64,000 bases of DNA, taken from contig CAWBKP010000022.1 in assembly GCA_963789395.1 (NCBI GenBank), positions 256,001 to 320,000 on the forward strand, read 5' to 3'. Below, in pieces: positions 1 through 9,763 of the stretch (position 1 is the stretch's first letter; each line of letters opens with the position of its first letter). The position numbers were made by a program, and so were the translations under genes. The notes beneath the pieces were generated by a model. The model saw only the letters and a program-made list of their open reading frames with translations, had not been told where the DNA came from and searched no databases. This DNA comes from an uncultured delta proteobacterium. Lineage in GTDB: Bacteria > Desulfobacterota > Desulfobacteria > Desulfobacterales > Desulfatirhabdiaceae.

Positions 1-1006
1 CTGGAGGACGAAGTCATCACGGAAGCCATTCCCGCCTTCGGGTTCGTGCACCGGGGCCTTGAGAAGCTGGCGGAAATCCGGGATTTTCATCAGATGGTCT
101 ATGTGGTGGAGCGCATCTGCGGCATCTGCTCGATGATTCACGCCATGTGCTATTGCCAGGGCATCGAAGAGATGATGGGCATTGAAGTGCCGCCGCGGGC
201 CAGGTTCCTGCGGGTCATCTGGTCCGAACTGCATCGGATCCACAGCCATCTTCTGTGGCTGGGGCTGTTTGCGGACAGCTTCGGGTTCGAGAGCCTTTTC
301 ATGCAATGCTGGAAGATCCGGGAGAAAATTCTCGATATTGACGAAGCCACCACCGGAAACCGGATTATCATCTCCGTCAGCGTCATCGGCGGCATGAGAA
401 AGGATCTGAGTCCGGAACAGGTCAACTGGATTTACTCGGAACTCAAGGATGTCGAGAAGGAGATCAGGCGGCTGGAAACCACGATCCTGACCGATTACAC
501 GGTGCAGAAACGCACGGTGGGAAAGGGCGTTCTGACCGGAAAACAGGCTTATGAACTGGGGCTGGTCGGCCCGACCCTTCGCGCCAGCGGAATTGCTCAG
601 GATATGCGGATGCTCGGCTATGCCGCCTTCAACGAAATCGATTTTGAGCCGGTGGTGGAAACAGACGGCGACTGTTATGCCCGGTGCAAGGTCCGCTTTC
701 GCGAAATCCTTCAGAGCATCGATCTGATCCGGCAGGCCATCGCCAAATATGCCGGACGGGGAATTGGCCGTCAAAGTCAAGGGCAGACCCGAGGGCGAGA
801 TCATTTCCAGGGTGGAGCAGCCGCGCGGCGAGGTTTTTTACTACATCAAGGCAAACGGCAAGAAAAATCTGGAACGGCTGCGGGTCCGGACTCCGACCTT
901 TGCCAATGTGCCGGCCCTTCTGGCCATGCTGCCCGGCATGTGGCTGTCGGATGTTCCGGTGATTGTCCTGTCCATTGATCCCTGCATCAGTTGCACGGAA
1001 AGGTAA
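1..1006 (+). CDS. echE: Energy-converting [NiFe] hydrogenase (Ech, group 4) large subunit; 5'-partial, +1 frameshift at ~748
   Basis: Frame open from base 1 (LEDEVITEAIPAFGFVHRGLEK) with L1 motif ERICGICS. Continues in ORF 749..1006 (EQPRGE, RVRTPT) ending at L2 motif DPCISCTER* with no C-terminal extension. One extra base at ~745-748 joins the frames. Confidence 0.88.
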
Positions 1007-1022
1007 AAGGGGGAAAACGCCC

Positions 1023-1376
1023 ATGTTCCCGATGACGCGAACAATCCTGAGGAATTTTATCGACAGGCGGGCTACCCGGCGCTATCCTTACGTTGTCAGG
1101 CCCCCTTTTGAAAATGCCCGGGGCGAGATTTCTAACGACATCCAGGTCTGCACATTCTGCGGTGTCTGCGCCGCCAAATGTCCTTCCCAATGCATCACGG
1201 TGGATAAAAAGGCCGCCACGTGGTCCTGCAATCCCATGGCTTGCGTCTATTGCGGCGTATGTGCCGAATCCTGCCCCTCCGGCAGCCTTCAACAGAAACG
1301 CGACTACCGCAGGGCGGTCCCGGTGAAGGAAGTGATTTTCCTGAGAGGGGAAATCAAAAAAGAAGTCAACGAATAA
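1023..1376 (+). CDS. echF: Ech hydrogenase 2x[4Fe-4S] subunit
   Basis: ATG at 1023 after AAAGGGGG. ATRRYPY motif and two CxxCxxCxxxCP motifs. Directly follows echE. Confidence 0.85.
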   Translation: MFPMTRTILRNFIDRRATRRYPYVVRPPFENARGEISNDIQVCTFCGVCAAKCPSQCITVDKKAATWSCNPMACVYCGVCAESCPSGSLQQKRDYRRAVPVKEVIFLRGEIKKEVNE

Positions 1377-1404
1377 AGGTTGCAAGGCGAAAACTGTTCG
1401 GCTG

Positions 1405-1442
1405 AAATCCCTTCTGAATCACAGTGGATTCAGAAGGGATTT
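1405..1442. terminator. Perfect 16-bp hairpin between convergent genes; probable terminator
   Basis: AAATCCCTTCTGAATC-acagtg-GATTCAGAAGGGATTT between the echF and acyl-CoA synthetase stops. Confidence 0.7.
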
Positions 1443-1448
1443 GCCATG

Positions 1449-3059
1449 TTAATTTACCCGCTTTTCCCGGCCCTGCCATTCTTTTTCACGAAGCTTGAAC
1501 TTCTGAATCTTTCCGGTGGCGGTTTTGGGTAACTGTCCGAATTCCACGGTCTTGGGCGCTTTGAACTTGGCCATTTTCTCTTTGCAGAAAGCGATGATGT
1601 CCTCTGCCTTGGGATTGGCCCCGGCTTTGGGAACCACAAACGCCTTGGCGACTTCGCCCCATTTTTCATCCGGGACGGCAATCACTGCTACTTCCAGGAC
1701 ATCCGGGTGGCGGTAGATCACGTTTTCCACTTCAACCGTGGAGATGTTCTCTCCGCCGCTGATGATGATGTCTTTTTTCCGGTCCATGATCTGGATATAA
1801 TTGTCCGGATGCATGACCGCCAGATCCCCGCTGTGGAACCAGCCGCCCTCAAACGCCGTGGCAGTGGCCTGCGGATCGTTGTAATAGCCCATCATCACGT
1901 TGTTGCCGCGCATGACAATCTCGCCGATGGTTTTACCGTCACGGGGCACCGGCTGCATGGTGGCCGGATCCACCACATCGGCAAACATGGCGACGATATA
2001 GGGAACGCCCTGACGGGATTTGAGTTTGGCCTGTTCCTCGGCAGGAAGATCCGCCCATTCCTGATGCCAGGCGCAAACCGTGTGGGGGCCGTATACTTCG
2101 GTCAATCCGTATGTATGGGTAATGATGGCGCCCACGGATTCCATGTTCTGGATGATGGTCGGGGCAGGGGGGGCACCGGCGGTCATGATGCGCAGGGGAT
2201 GATTGAGTTTGATGCTGTTGGCGGTGGCATAAGTGGACATCCCGATGAGAATTGTCGGGGCTGCGCACAGATGCGTGACATTTTCCCTGTCGATCGTGGG
2301 GTAGATTTCTTCCGGCAGCACTTTCCGCAGGCAGACATGGGTGCCGCTCATGGCGGTGACGCCCCAGGTAAAACACCAGCCGTTGCAATGAAACATGGGA
2401 AGCGTCCACAGATAGGTCGATGTGGAATCAAAGCCGATTTCCAGCATTTCTCCCAGCGCATTCAGATACGCGCCCCGGTGATGGTACATGACGCCTTTGG
2501 GAAGTCCGGTGGTGCCGCTTGTGTAGTTGATGGTCATGAGCTGATATTCGTCATCGACATCCGGAACGATCGGCTCTGTGGAGCCGGTCGCTAAAAATGC
2601 TTCATAATCCATGCCGGGCAGGGGTTTGTCGCTGCTGATATCGCAGATGTTCACAAATGTTTTCACCTGCTTCAGTTCATTGATGACCGGTGATACCAGG
2701 CCTGCGAATTCATTGTCGGCAAATACGGCCTTGGACTCCGAATGGTTGATGATGTATGAAACTTCCTGGGATGCCAGGCGGATATTGACGCTGACCAGTA
2801 CGGCCCCGATCATGGGAACGGCAAAATGTGCTTCCAGCATCGGGGGAATGTTGGGGCAGATAAACGCAACTTTGTCTCCTTTAGCGACCCCGACTTTTTT
2901 CAATGCGCTTGCCAGTTGATTCACCCTTGAATAAAATTCCTTGTAGGTATAGCGCTTATCATTATAGACAATGGCTGTTTTGTTCGGATAAATCAAAGCG
3001 GACCGTCTGATGAAATGAACCGGCGTTAAGACATCAAAAAAAACATTTTTATTATCCAT
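1449..3059 (-). CDS. Acyl-CoA synthetase (AMP-forming, fatty acid-CoA ligase family)
   Basis: YTSGTTGLPKG, LPMFHCNGW, YGLTE, GWFHSGDL, DRKKDIIISGGENI, LPKTATGKIQK. ATG at 3059 with AGGAGA RBS. Confidence 0.92.
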   Translation of the reverse strand: MDNKNVFFDVLTPVHFIRRSALIYPNKTAIVYNDKRYTYKEFYSRVNQLASALKKVGVAKGDKVAFICPNIPPMLEAHFAVPMIGAVLVSVNIRLASQEVSYIINHSESKAVFADNEFAGLVSPVINELKQVKTFVNICDISSDKPLPGMDYEAFLATGSTEPIVPDVDDEYQLMTINYTSGTTGLPKGVMYHHRGAYLNALGEMLEIGFDSTSTYLWTLPMFHCNGWCFTWGVTAMSGTHVCLRKVLPEEIYPTIDRENVTHLCAAPTILIGMSTYATANSIKLNHPLRIMTAGAPPAPTIIQNMESVGAIITHTYGLTEVYGPHTVCAWHQEWADLPAEEQAKLKSRQGVPYIVAMFADVVDPATMQPVPRDGKTIGEIVMRGNNVMMGYYNDPQATATAFEGGWFHSGDLAVMHPDNYIQIMDRKKDIIISGGENISTVEVENVIYRHPDVLEVAVIAVPDEKWGEVAKAFVVPKAGANPKAEDIIAFCKEKMAKFKAPKTVEFGQLPKTATGKIQKFKLREKEWQGREKRVN

Positions 3060-3213
3060 GTGGTCATTGTCTCCTAAATTCCGTTTATGTGGTGTTTGCG
3101 ATAGCTTTTCTGTCTTCTTGTTTACCTGTCTGCTTGTTTTTAAAGACAAACGTAATGATTTCAGGCTGATTTTTCGCAAAATTTGCCCAGATTATAGGAT
3201 ATCAGCGTGTTGA

Positions 3214-3243
3214 AGCATAAAAATTGAACGATCGCTCAGTCAA
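3214..3243 (-). promoter_or_regulatory. Candidate sigma-70 promoter with a palindromic operator in the spacer
   Basis: Minus strand TTGACT-N18-TATGCT. Palindrome TGAACGATCGCTCA (6/7 pairs) at 3225-3238. Confidence 0.45.
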
Positions 3244-3336
3244 GAATTTGCAATGGTTTACAGCCACATTATGGATTTTGTCAATATTTTTTTTAAGGTT
3301 CAAGAAAATGAACAGGAATTGGGAACAAAATTGAGT

Positions 3337-4417
3337 TTATTTATATTTCCAGGGCCTGACCTTGTTTCGAATATTTCCGCTCATGACGGTTTCCATAAAT
3401 TCATCCGCCAGGATTTGACTGGCGTTGGCTACGGCGCTCCAGTAATCAAAACGTAATGAATCCTTCCCTTTGAATTTGTAGAAATCGTTCCGATCCGGAA
3501 TCTTGCGATAGGGCAGCCGGTCAATAAACTGTTTTGAGGGGGCCATCATCAGCACGTTGGCCATGTTCCGGGCTACCTGGTTTGCGCCACCTCAGGTTTT
3601 TATCCAGCCAGCCGGGAATGATCCGTTCCATGTAGTGGGGAAACAGCGTCAGCTTTTCTGAGTCTTCCGAAAGCGGTAAGTCCATATGATAATCGATCAC
3701 GCCGCCATCACGGTAGACGCCGAAAGGGGATTGGGGAATGTTCCTTACCCCGGACATCACCAGCGGAATGGAACCCGAGGCAAGCAGCGCACCAGGCAGA
3801 TTCTCAGGGGTGAGCGGAACCCGGTGAATGGGAAATCCGGTGAGATTGTAAAAAGGCGGAATATCCCGGGAATCGTAGAAAAGAACCCGTTCAAAAAACA
3901 CTTTCAAAAACGAGCGGTTGACGATATTTCCCATGGCTGCAACCAGCAAGGCAGTGGCAAGCAGGAACTTGCTGTCGCTGGCAGCGGGTCCCTTGCTGCG
4001 GACCGCCATGAAATTAAGCCTTAAAAAAGGGTGAACCAGGATTTCCCGCGGTCCCCCGTTTTTCAGGAACGCCTGCTGAATCCGGGCGCTTTCCAAAGAC
4101 ACGGCATCAGAAGACGGCTTTCCTGCGTACGCCTGGTGAATATATGCGGATTCAAAATCCGACAGGGAAGTTTTGGGATCTGCCATGCATTGGCCCGCAA
4201 AACGCCAGGCGCCGATGGATGAGCCGATCAGGTACAGCGGCAGTTTTCTGCCCTTGAACCAGTCGGAAAAAAGAACCCGGTCCAGATGCCGCAGAACCAG
4301 CCATTTCGGACCTCCGGCAGCACCGGCAACCACGGAAATCCTGCCCGGCCTGAGCCCTTCTTCGCGGATGATTTCAAAAGCTTTTCTGCCTGCGTAAAAC
4401 ACCAAATTATCCGTCAT
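3337..4417 (-). CDS. Patatin-like phospholipase family protein; +1 frameshift at ~3570
   Basis: GAAGGPK, GSSIG (GxSxG) and YRDGG motifs. C-terminus lies in ORF 3337..3564. Confidence 0.78.
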
Positions 4418-4453
4418 ATATCCTGCTTATTATTGTCGGAAGCGATTCCGGAT

Positions 4454-5363
4454 TCAGGTATTTCCTGTTAAAAACTGTGAATCCGCATAGGCGGGGTCCG
4501 GATATTGGTAGAATCCCTGGCCACATTTTCTCCCCAGTCGTCCTTTGTCCACATAGTCTTTCATGAATGCCGCGTTGGCAATGGCCTGAGGTTCTTCGAG
4601 CTTATTGGCCCAGTAATCGGTGACTTTCCAGACCGTATCCAGGCCGATGCTGTCCATCATGCCGAAAGGCCCGATCGGTGTATGCATGATGCCCATCCAC
4701 GCCCGGTCAATATCTTCCACCCCGGCCACGCCTCTGGAGGCAAGTGTCTGAGCTGCCTTGAAAACCTCTGTGAGCATGGCGTTAAAGACATACCCGTAAT
4801 TTTCTTTTTTCAGCAGGATTGCAACCTGTCCGATCCGTGCTGCAAAGGCGTGGATCAGTGATAGCAGTTTCTGCTGAAGTGCCGGAATGCGGCATGATGT
4901 CAACAATGTTGGTTGTCCGTATATCATGGAAATGAAGGGCTGCGAATCTGTCGGGGCGGCCCGTGGCTTTAGCGAACATGGAGGGAATCAGGGTGGAAGT
5001 ATTGGTTGTAAAAATGGCACGTGCCGGGCAGAATTGGTTGAACTGTGAAAAAACCCCGGCTTTCAGTGCGGGATCCTCGGGGACCGACTCACTGACAAAA
5101 TCTACGTTCATTGCCGCATCCTCCGGATGACTGGAACATCGGATTCGCAGGATGGCGGCTTCGGCGGCTTCTTGTGTCAATCTGCCGGAATTCCGGAATG
5201 AAGCGGCCAGTTTGGCGATCCGTTTCAGGCTGGATTCCAATATTGCAGGTTTCACATCGTAAAGAATCACTTCATACCCATGGATGGCGCACTGAAATGC
5301 GATTTGCTGACCCATTGTACCGGCGCCGATGATCAAAATTTTTCGAATGTCATCAACCTTCAC
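4454..5363 (-). CDS. 3-hydroxyacyl-CoA dehydrogenase; +1 frameshift at ~4862
   Basis: GTG start at 5363 with AGGAG RBS. Rossmann IIGAGTMGQQIA, ESVPED, TNTSTL, ALHF. C-terminal domain GYVFN..GPFGMMDSIGLDT..GRLGRKCGQGFY in ORF 4454..4927. Confidence 0.88.
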
Positions 5364-5646
5364 AATCCTTCTCCTTTGACAGAAATTTATAGTTTTCATG
5401 CTTGATATTTCGATAAGGGATGAATAAGATGAAAACCTTTCTATAGATTTTCAAGAAAAACCAATAAAGGATAATTGCCTCTGCATCTGGCACTGGAGTA
5501 CCTGAACTTGCCACCATTATCAATGAAATTCAGAAACGATGTATTTCTTTTCCGTATTTCTCTAATGAGCAGCCAGTATAAACGACTCTCAGAATCGGTT
5601 TTGCACCCGCTACCGGATCCACAGCAAGCCAATAAAGGAAAATGAA

Positions 5647-6444
5647 GTGGCATCAATTTTGGTAATGTATGCAGTTGTAGGGGCTGTCGCCGGCATACTG
5701 GCCGGTCTTCTGGGCATTGGCGGGGGATTGGTGATTGTTCCGATGCTGGTGTTCTGCTTTGCCCGTCAGGGCATTTCAGATCAAACGATCATGCATCTGG
5801 CCCTGGGTACCTCCATGGCCAGCATCATGTTCACGGCGGTTTCCAGTTTCTGGTCCCACCATCGGCGGGGCGCCGTCAGATGGTTGGTGGTCCGTCGACT
5901 GGTTGTCGGTATATTCGTTGGGACTTTTCTGGGATCGTGCGTTGCTGCAAGCCTTTCAACACGTTTTTTGAAAGGCTTTTTTGTCATATTTCTGTATTAT
6001 GTGGCTGTTCAGATGCTGTCGGGCCGAAAGCCCAAGCCCGGCCGGCAACTACCCGAGTTGGCGGGAATGTTCGGCGTGGGCAACGTGATCGGAGCGGTGT
6101 CCAGTCTGGTGGGGATTGGCGGCGGCACGCTCTCCGTGCCCTTTATGGTGTGGTGCAACATTCCCCTGCATGAAGCCATCGGCACATCTGCGGCCATCGG
6201 TTTCCCGATTGCCGTGGCCGGTGCTATCGGATACGTTTATAACGGTCTGTCCGCAACCGACCTGCCCGGCTTTTCTCTGGGTTATGTGTATATGCCGGCC
6301 CTGGCAGGGATTGTCGCCGCCAGTGTGCTGACCGCGCCACTGGGGGTTCGTCTGGCTCACAGTCTTCCCGTTGATAAGCTTAAACGGGTGTTTGCAGGGC
6401 TGCTTCTGGTGGTGGCCACCCGCATGCTGATCAGCATGTTTTGA
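5647..6444 (+). CDS. TauE/SafE family sulfite exporter (TSUP) membrane protein
   Basis: Twin GLLGIGGG / SLVGIGGG motifs, ALGTS / AIGTS, about 8 hydrophobic segments. Confidence 0.9.
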   Translation: MASILVMYAVVGAVAGILAGLLGIGGGLVIVPMLVFCFARQGISDQTIMHLALGTSMASIMFTAVSSFWSHHRRGAVRWLVVRRLVVGIFVGTFLGSCVAASLSTRFLKGFFVIFLYYVAVQMLSGRKPKPGRQLPELAGMFGVGNVIGAVSSLVGIGGGTLSVPFMVWCNIPLHEAIGTSAAIGFPIAVAGAIGYVYNGLSATDLPGFSLGYVYMPALAGIVAASVLTAPLGVRLAHSLPVDKLKRVFAGLLLVVATRMLISMF

Positions 6445-6545
6445 ACCAGAGGGGTTGCGCGTCCTGATCTTGATCAGATAGAGCACCGGTCCTACGCCAT
6501 GAAAACTTTGGCAGTTACCGGGGGCATCAAAGGCTACGGGGCAGG

Positions 6546-6597
6546 AAAAAAAGGCAGACCGGTTAAGGATAAAGCGAGAAAAAACCGATCCGCCCTT
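6546..6597 (-). terminator. Rho-independent terminator of the HesB-like gene
   Basis: Minus strand GGCGGATCGGTT...AACCGGTCTGCC followed by T7. Confidence 0.6.
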
Positions 6598-6618
6598 ATA
6601 ATAAACTTATCGGAACGA

Positions 6619-6939
6619 CTATTTGTCTGAACAGCAGGAACCGGTAGTACCACAGCTGGAACAGCCCGAAGTAAAATCAATTCCGCAATCCACTTTGAAA
6701 CCGCTTACCAGAAAATCCACTTTGATAGGCTGGGCTTTTATCATGAATTCTTTATCCACAACATACTTAAAGCCGCCGATTTCAAAAACATCGTCTGTTT
6801 CTTTTGACTCATCCAGAGCCATTGCCATACTTGGCCCGCCTCACCCGCCTTCGTTTAAAAAAATGCGGATAGGAGAGACTTCCTTGCCTTTAAAATATTC
6901 AGCTATTTGTTCAGTAGCTGATGGGGTAACCTCGATCAT
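6619..6939 (-). CDS. HesB/IscA-like selenoprotein (Sec at codon 33, UGA at 6843-6841)
   Basis: AGGAGG RBS then ATG at 6939: MIEVTPSATEQIAEYFKGKEVSPIRIFLNEGG-U-GGPSMAMALDES..., in frame with ORF 6619..6828. The GGUGGP..ALDE pattern is typical of HesB-like selenoproteins. Confidence 0.88.
6806..6820 (-). other. Candidate bacterial SECIS hairpin
   Basis: GGCUC-UGGAU-GAGUC stem-loop starting 20 nt after the in-frame UGA. Confidence 0.5.
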
Positions 6940-7020
6940 GACAACCTCCTGTAGATATTATAAGTGAAATCCGCCTGTAAGAGCAGATCGAACAAACCGT
7001 TTATACAATACTAATGGACA

Positions 7021-7049
7021 AAACTAACCATAGGAAAGATATTTGTCAA
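7021..7049 (-). promoter_or_regulatory. Candidate sigma-70 promoter for the HesB-like gene
   Basis: Minus strand TTGACA-N17-TAGTTT. Confidence 0.45.
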
Positions 7050-7167
7050 TGATAATCAGGGATCATGATCCAGGCTTCAGGGGGAGGAAACTGTTGGTGG
7101 CATCGATGCGATGATCCGCAGACAGATTGGCAGTGATCTTTTATGTAAGCCCGTTCGAAGTTCTGAC

Positions 7168-8101
7168 TCATTCCATTTCCTCCGGAATAAATGCCACCAC
7201 ATCGTCAATTGAATTGGCATCAGTCAAAAGAAGAATAAGACGATCTATTCCAAGCGCATTGCCGGCGGCTGCCGGCATATCGTTTAACGCGCTCAGAAAG
7301 CTTTCGGGCATGGGGTAAACAATTTTCCCGGCATGTTTTCGAAACTGCCGTTCTGCTTCAAAGCGTTTTCGCTGCTCAAGCGGGTCGGTCAGCTCTGTGA
7401 ATGCATTGCACAGTTCGAGTCCAGCGATATAAAGCTCAAACCGCTCGGCGATCGATGGATTGTCCGGTTTCAGCCTTGCCAGGGCACCGCAGGAAGCCGG
7501 ATAATCATAGAGAAAAACCGGGCGCTCGTTTCCGAGGCACGGTTCAATTTCAATCGCCATGATTTCATCGAAGCTATTTTGTGCCAGCGCCTCCTGCATC
7601 GAAATCCGCGAGTACCGTTCAAAAGCGTCGCATACCGTCAAGCGGTCCCAGGGTGAAGACAGCCATATCCGCTTGTTTTGATACCAAATGGAATCGGATT
7701 GACCGGCGGCTCCGGCAGCAGATTGTATCAGTTTTTCGCACTGGATCATCATTTCCAGATAGGTGTGGCCGGCAGTGTACCATTCCAGCAGGGTGAATTC
7801 CGGCAGGTGCATCCGGCCCCTTTCCTGAGTGCGAAAACATCGACAGATTTGAAAAATCCGGGGATACCCGGCGCTCAGGAGACGTTTCATGCAGAGTTCC
7901 GGAGACGGTGTGCAGAAACCATTTCCCGGCTTCCTGAGCTTCGATATGGGTTTCAGGCGCCGGGGCTGGAATCCGAACCGGGGTTTCGACTTCAAGATAA
8001 TCGTTTTGTATAAAAAATAAACGAACGGCTTGAAGGATTTGAGCTCTCAGGATCAGATTCCGGCGAATGAAATGTTGTCGGTAATGTGTGAAGGGCGCCA
8101 T
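7168..8101 (-). CDS. epmA: EF-P lysine aminoacylase (GenX/PoxA); +1 frameshift at ~7906
   Basis: N-part YLEVETPVRIPAP..WFLHT, then SPELCMKRLL, HLPEFTLLEWY, ERFELYIAGLELCNAF, ALGIDRL. No anticodon-binding domain. Confidence 0.9.
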
Positions 8102-8305
8102 TAAAAGAAATATTCCAGGGTTGGAAGTAATTGAAAAAGTCTTGTTTCAGAGAACATTCCATGCTATCAGAACCAGATTGTTGCTATAAGGCAGAAAACT
8201 CGGGGATGGTCAGTTATTATTTCTGCTTGAATTCACGCGCATTCTCAGAACTTTAATCGAATTTGTCAATTCATTTATTTCTGAATCATCAGGCGGAGGA
8301 TCATC

Positions 8306-8800
8306 ATGGCTCAGGACAACAAACGCTCGGCATTCACAACGGTATTTGTTCTTGGATTCTTTTTGCAGATTATTTTTGTTTTCGCCGATACGCGAGATAC
8401 GCCCGGCAAGGCCGCGGTCGAGTTTGCAAAGATGTATTATCAACTGGATTCGGCCATGGCGACCCGACTCTGTGACGAACTGGCCAAGGATGAAGAAAAC
8501 AATGTGGTGGCCGCCTACATTCAAAGCATGGCAAAACAGGCCAATGAACGGGGATATGACGTCAGCTATATGAAAAACGCTCTTTTTAACGTCAAAACCC
8601 ATACGCTGAAAATGAATGCCGGCAGTGCCGAAATTCGCATTACCGGGGACATGAAAAAAGGTATCAATCCGCTGTTTGCCTATGTGGGGAAATTGTTCTT
8701 TCTTGGAAAAACCATGCCGTTGGACCAGACCGTAAATGTCATTATGGAAAACGGAAAATGGAAAGTCTGTGAAGGTTTTTTTACGGTATCTGAAAGCTGA
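8306..8800 (+). CDS. Hypothetical membrane-anchored or exported protein
   Basis: GGAGG RBS, N-terminal hydrophobic segment, C-terminal ENGKWKV reminiscent of NTF2-like folds (inference). Confidence 0.65.
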   Translation: MAQDNKRSAFTTVFVLGFFLQIIFVFADTRDTPGKAAVEFAKMYYQLDSAMATRLCDELAKDEENNVVAAYIQSMAKQANERGYDVSYMKNALFNVKTHTLKMNAGSAEIRITGDMKKGINPLFAYVGKLFFLGKTMPLDQTVNVIMENGKWKVCEGFFTVSES

Positions 8801-8939
8801 TGATGTATGAAAGGCGTCAGGGCCATCGTTTGAATCTTGATCGTGCTCCCTGATGCCATGACTCCCAAGCAGTCAAGATCGAATAACTTGTCATCTTTGG
8901 GCAAGAGGCTTTCATGTTTTGTGATAACTTCCTTCTGCC

Positions 8940-9734
8940 ATGATTCTGAATGAAAAATCTCCCAAAGCCATGTCCTCCGTTTATGCCAGGATGCGCCAGC
9001 GGGCTCGCCAGATTGTGTCACGGTTTCCACAGCCTTCTTTTTACAAAGAGTTTGCATCTATTCTTGATATATCGAGAAGTTTCTTTCGTACAAACCCGGT
9101 CTTGAGAAGCCTGTATGCATTTGTCTCCGAGCACCTCGAAGACGATTTCGGCCATGGGCTTGACCATGCTGTTAAGGTAACCATTGACGCCGGCGCATTG
9201 ATGATGATCGAAGGCGGCCGCTGCGGGTATTCGCAAGACTATACGGAGCAGCGGGTCGTCATTGTGCAAAGTGCGGGGCTCCTTCATGATATCAAACGCA
9301 AGATGAAACATCATGCCGTTGAAGGCGCGGAATATGCCCGGAAAACGCTTCGCGCCTATCCGTATGCACCGGATGAAATTGAAGATATCTGCCAGGCCAT
9401 CCGCAATCATGAAGCGTTTCAGCCTCCTGTCAGCATCAACACGATCGAGGGGGCGCTGGTAGCGGATTGCCTTTATGATGCCGATAAATTCAGATGGGGG
9501 CCGGATAATTTTACGCATACGGTCTGGGACATGGTGTCTTTTTTTGACCCGCCGTTATCGGAATTTCTGAGCCGTTATCCCAAGGCAATGGAAGGGCTGT
9601 TAAAAATCAAGCAGACCTTTCGTACGCGGACCGGAAAGGTTTATGGCCCCGAGTTTATCGATATCGGCATTGCAATTGGAGAAGAACTGCTGGCTGTGAT
9701 ACAATCAGAGTTTGTCTCTGGTAATTATAGTTAA
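8940..9734 (+). CDS. HD-domain metal-dependent phosphohydrolase (start may be 8970)
   Basis: HGLDHA, LLHDI, IRNHE, LYDADK motifs. Confidence 0.82.
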   Translation: MILNEKSPKAMSSVYARMRQRARQIVSRFPQPSFYKEFASILDISRSFFRTNPVLRSLYAFVSEHLEDDFGHGLDHAVKVTIDAGALMMIEGGRCGYSQDYTEQRVVIVQSAGLLHDIKRKMKHHAVEGAEYARKTLRAYPYAPDEIEDICQAIRNHEAFQPPVSINTIEGALVADCLYDADKFRWGPDNFTHTVWDMVSFFDPPLSEFLSRYPKAMEGLLKIKQTFRTRTGKVYGPEFIDIGIAIGEELLAVIQSEFVSGNYS

Positions 9735-9763
9735 CCACCAACTCGGTACGAAATAGAGCTGCC

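Noticed and set aside
980..1006. EchE lacking a cleavable C-terminal extension
   Set aside because: Established property of Ech large subunits, not novel.
8797..8818. Hammerhead-like string CTGATGA..GAAA..GTC
   Set aside because: No room for stem II and no consistent stem I/III around a UH site. The TGA TGA is simply the stop of the upstream gene.
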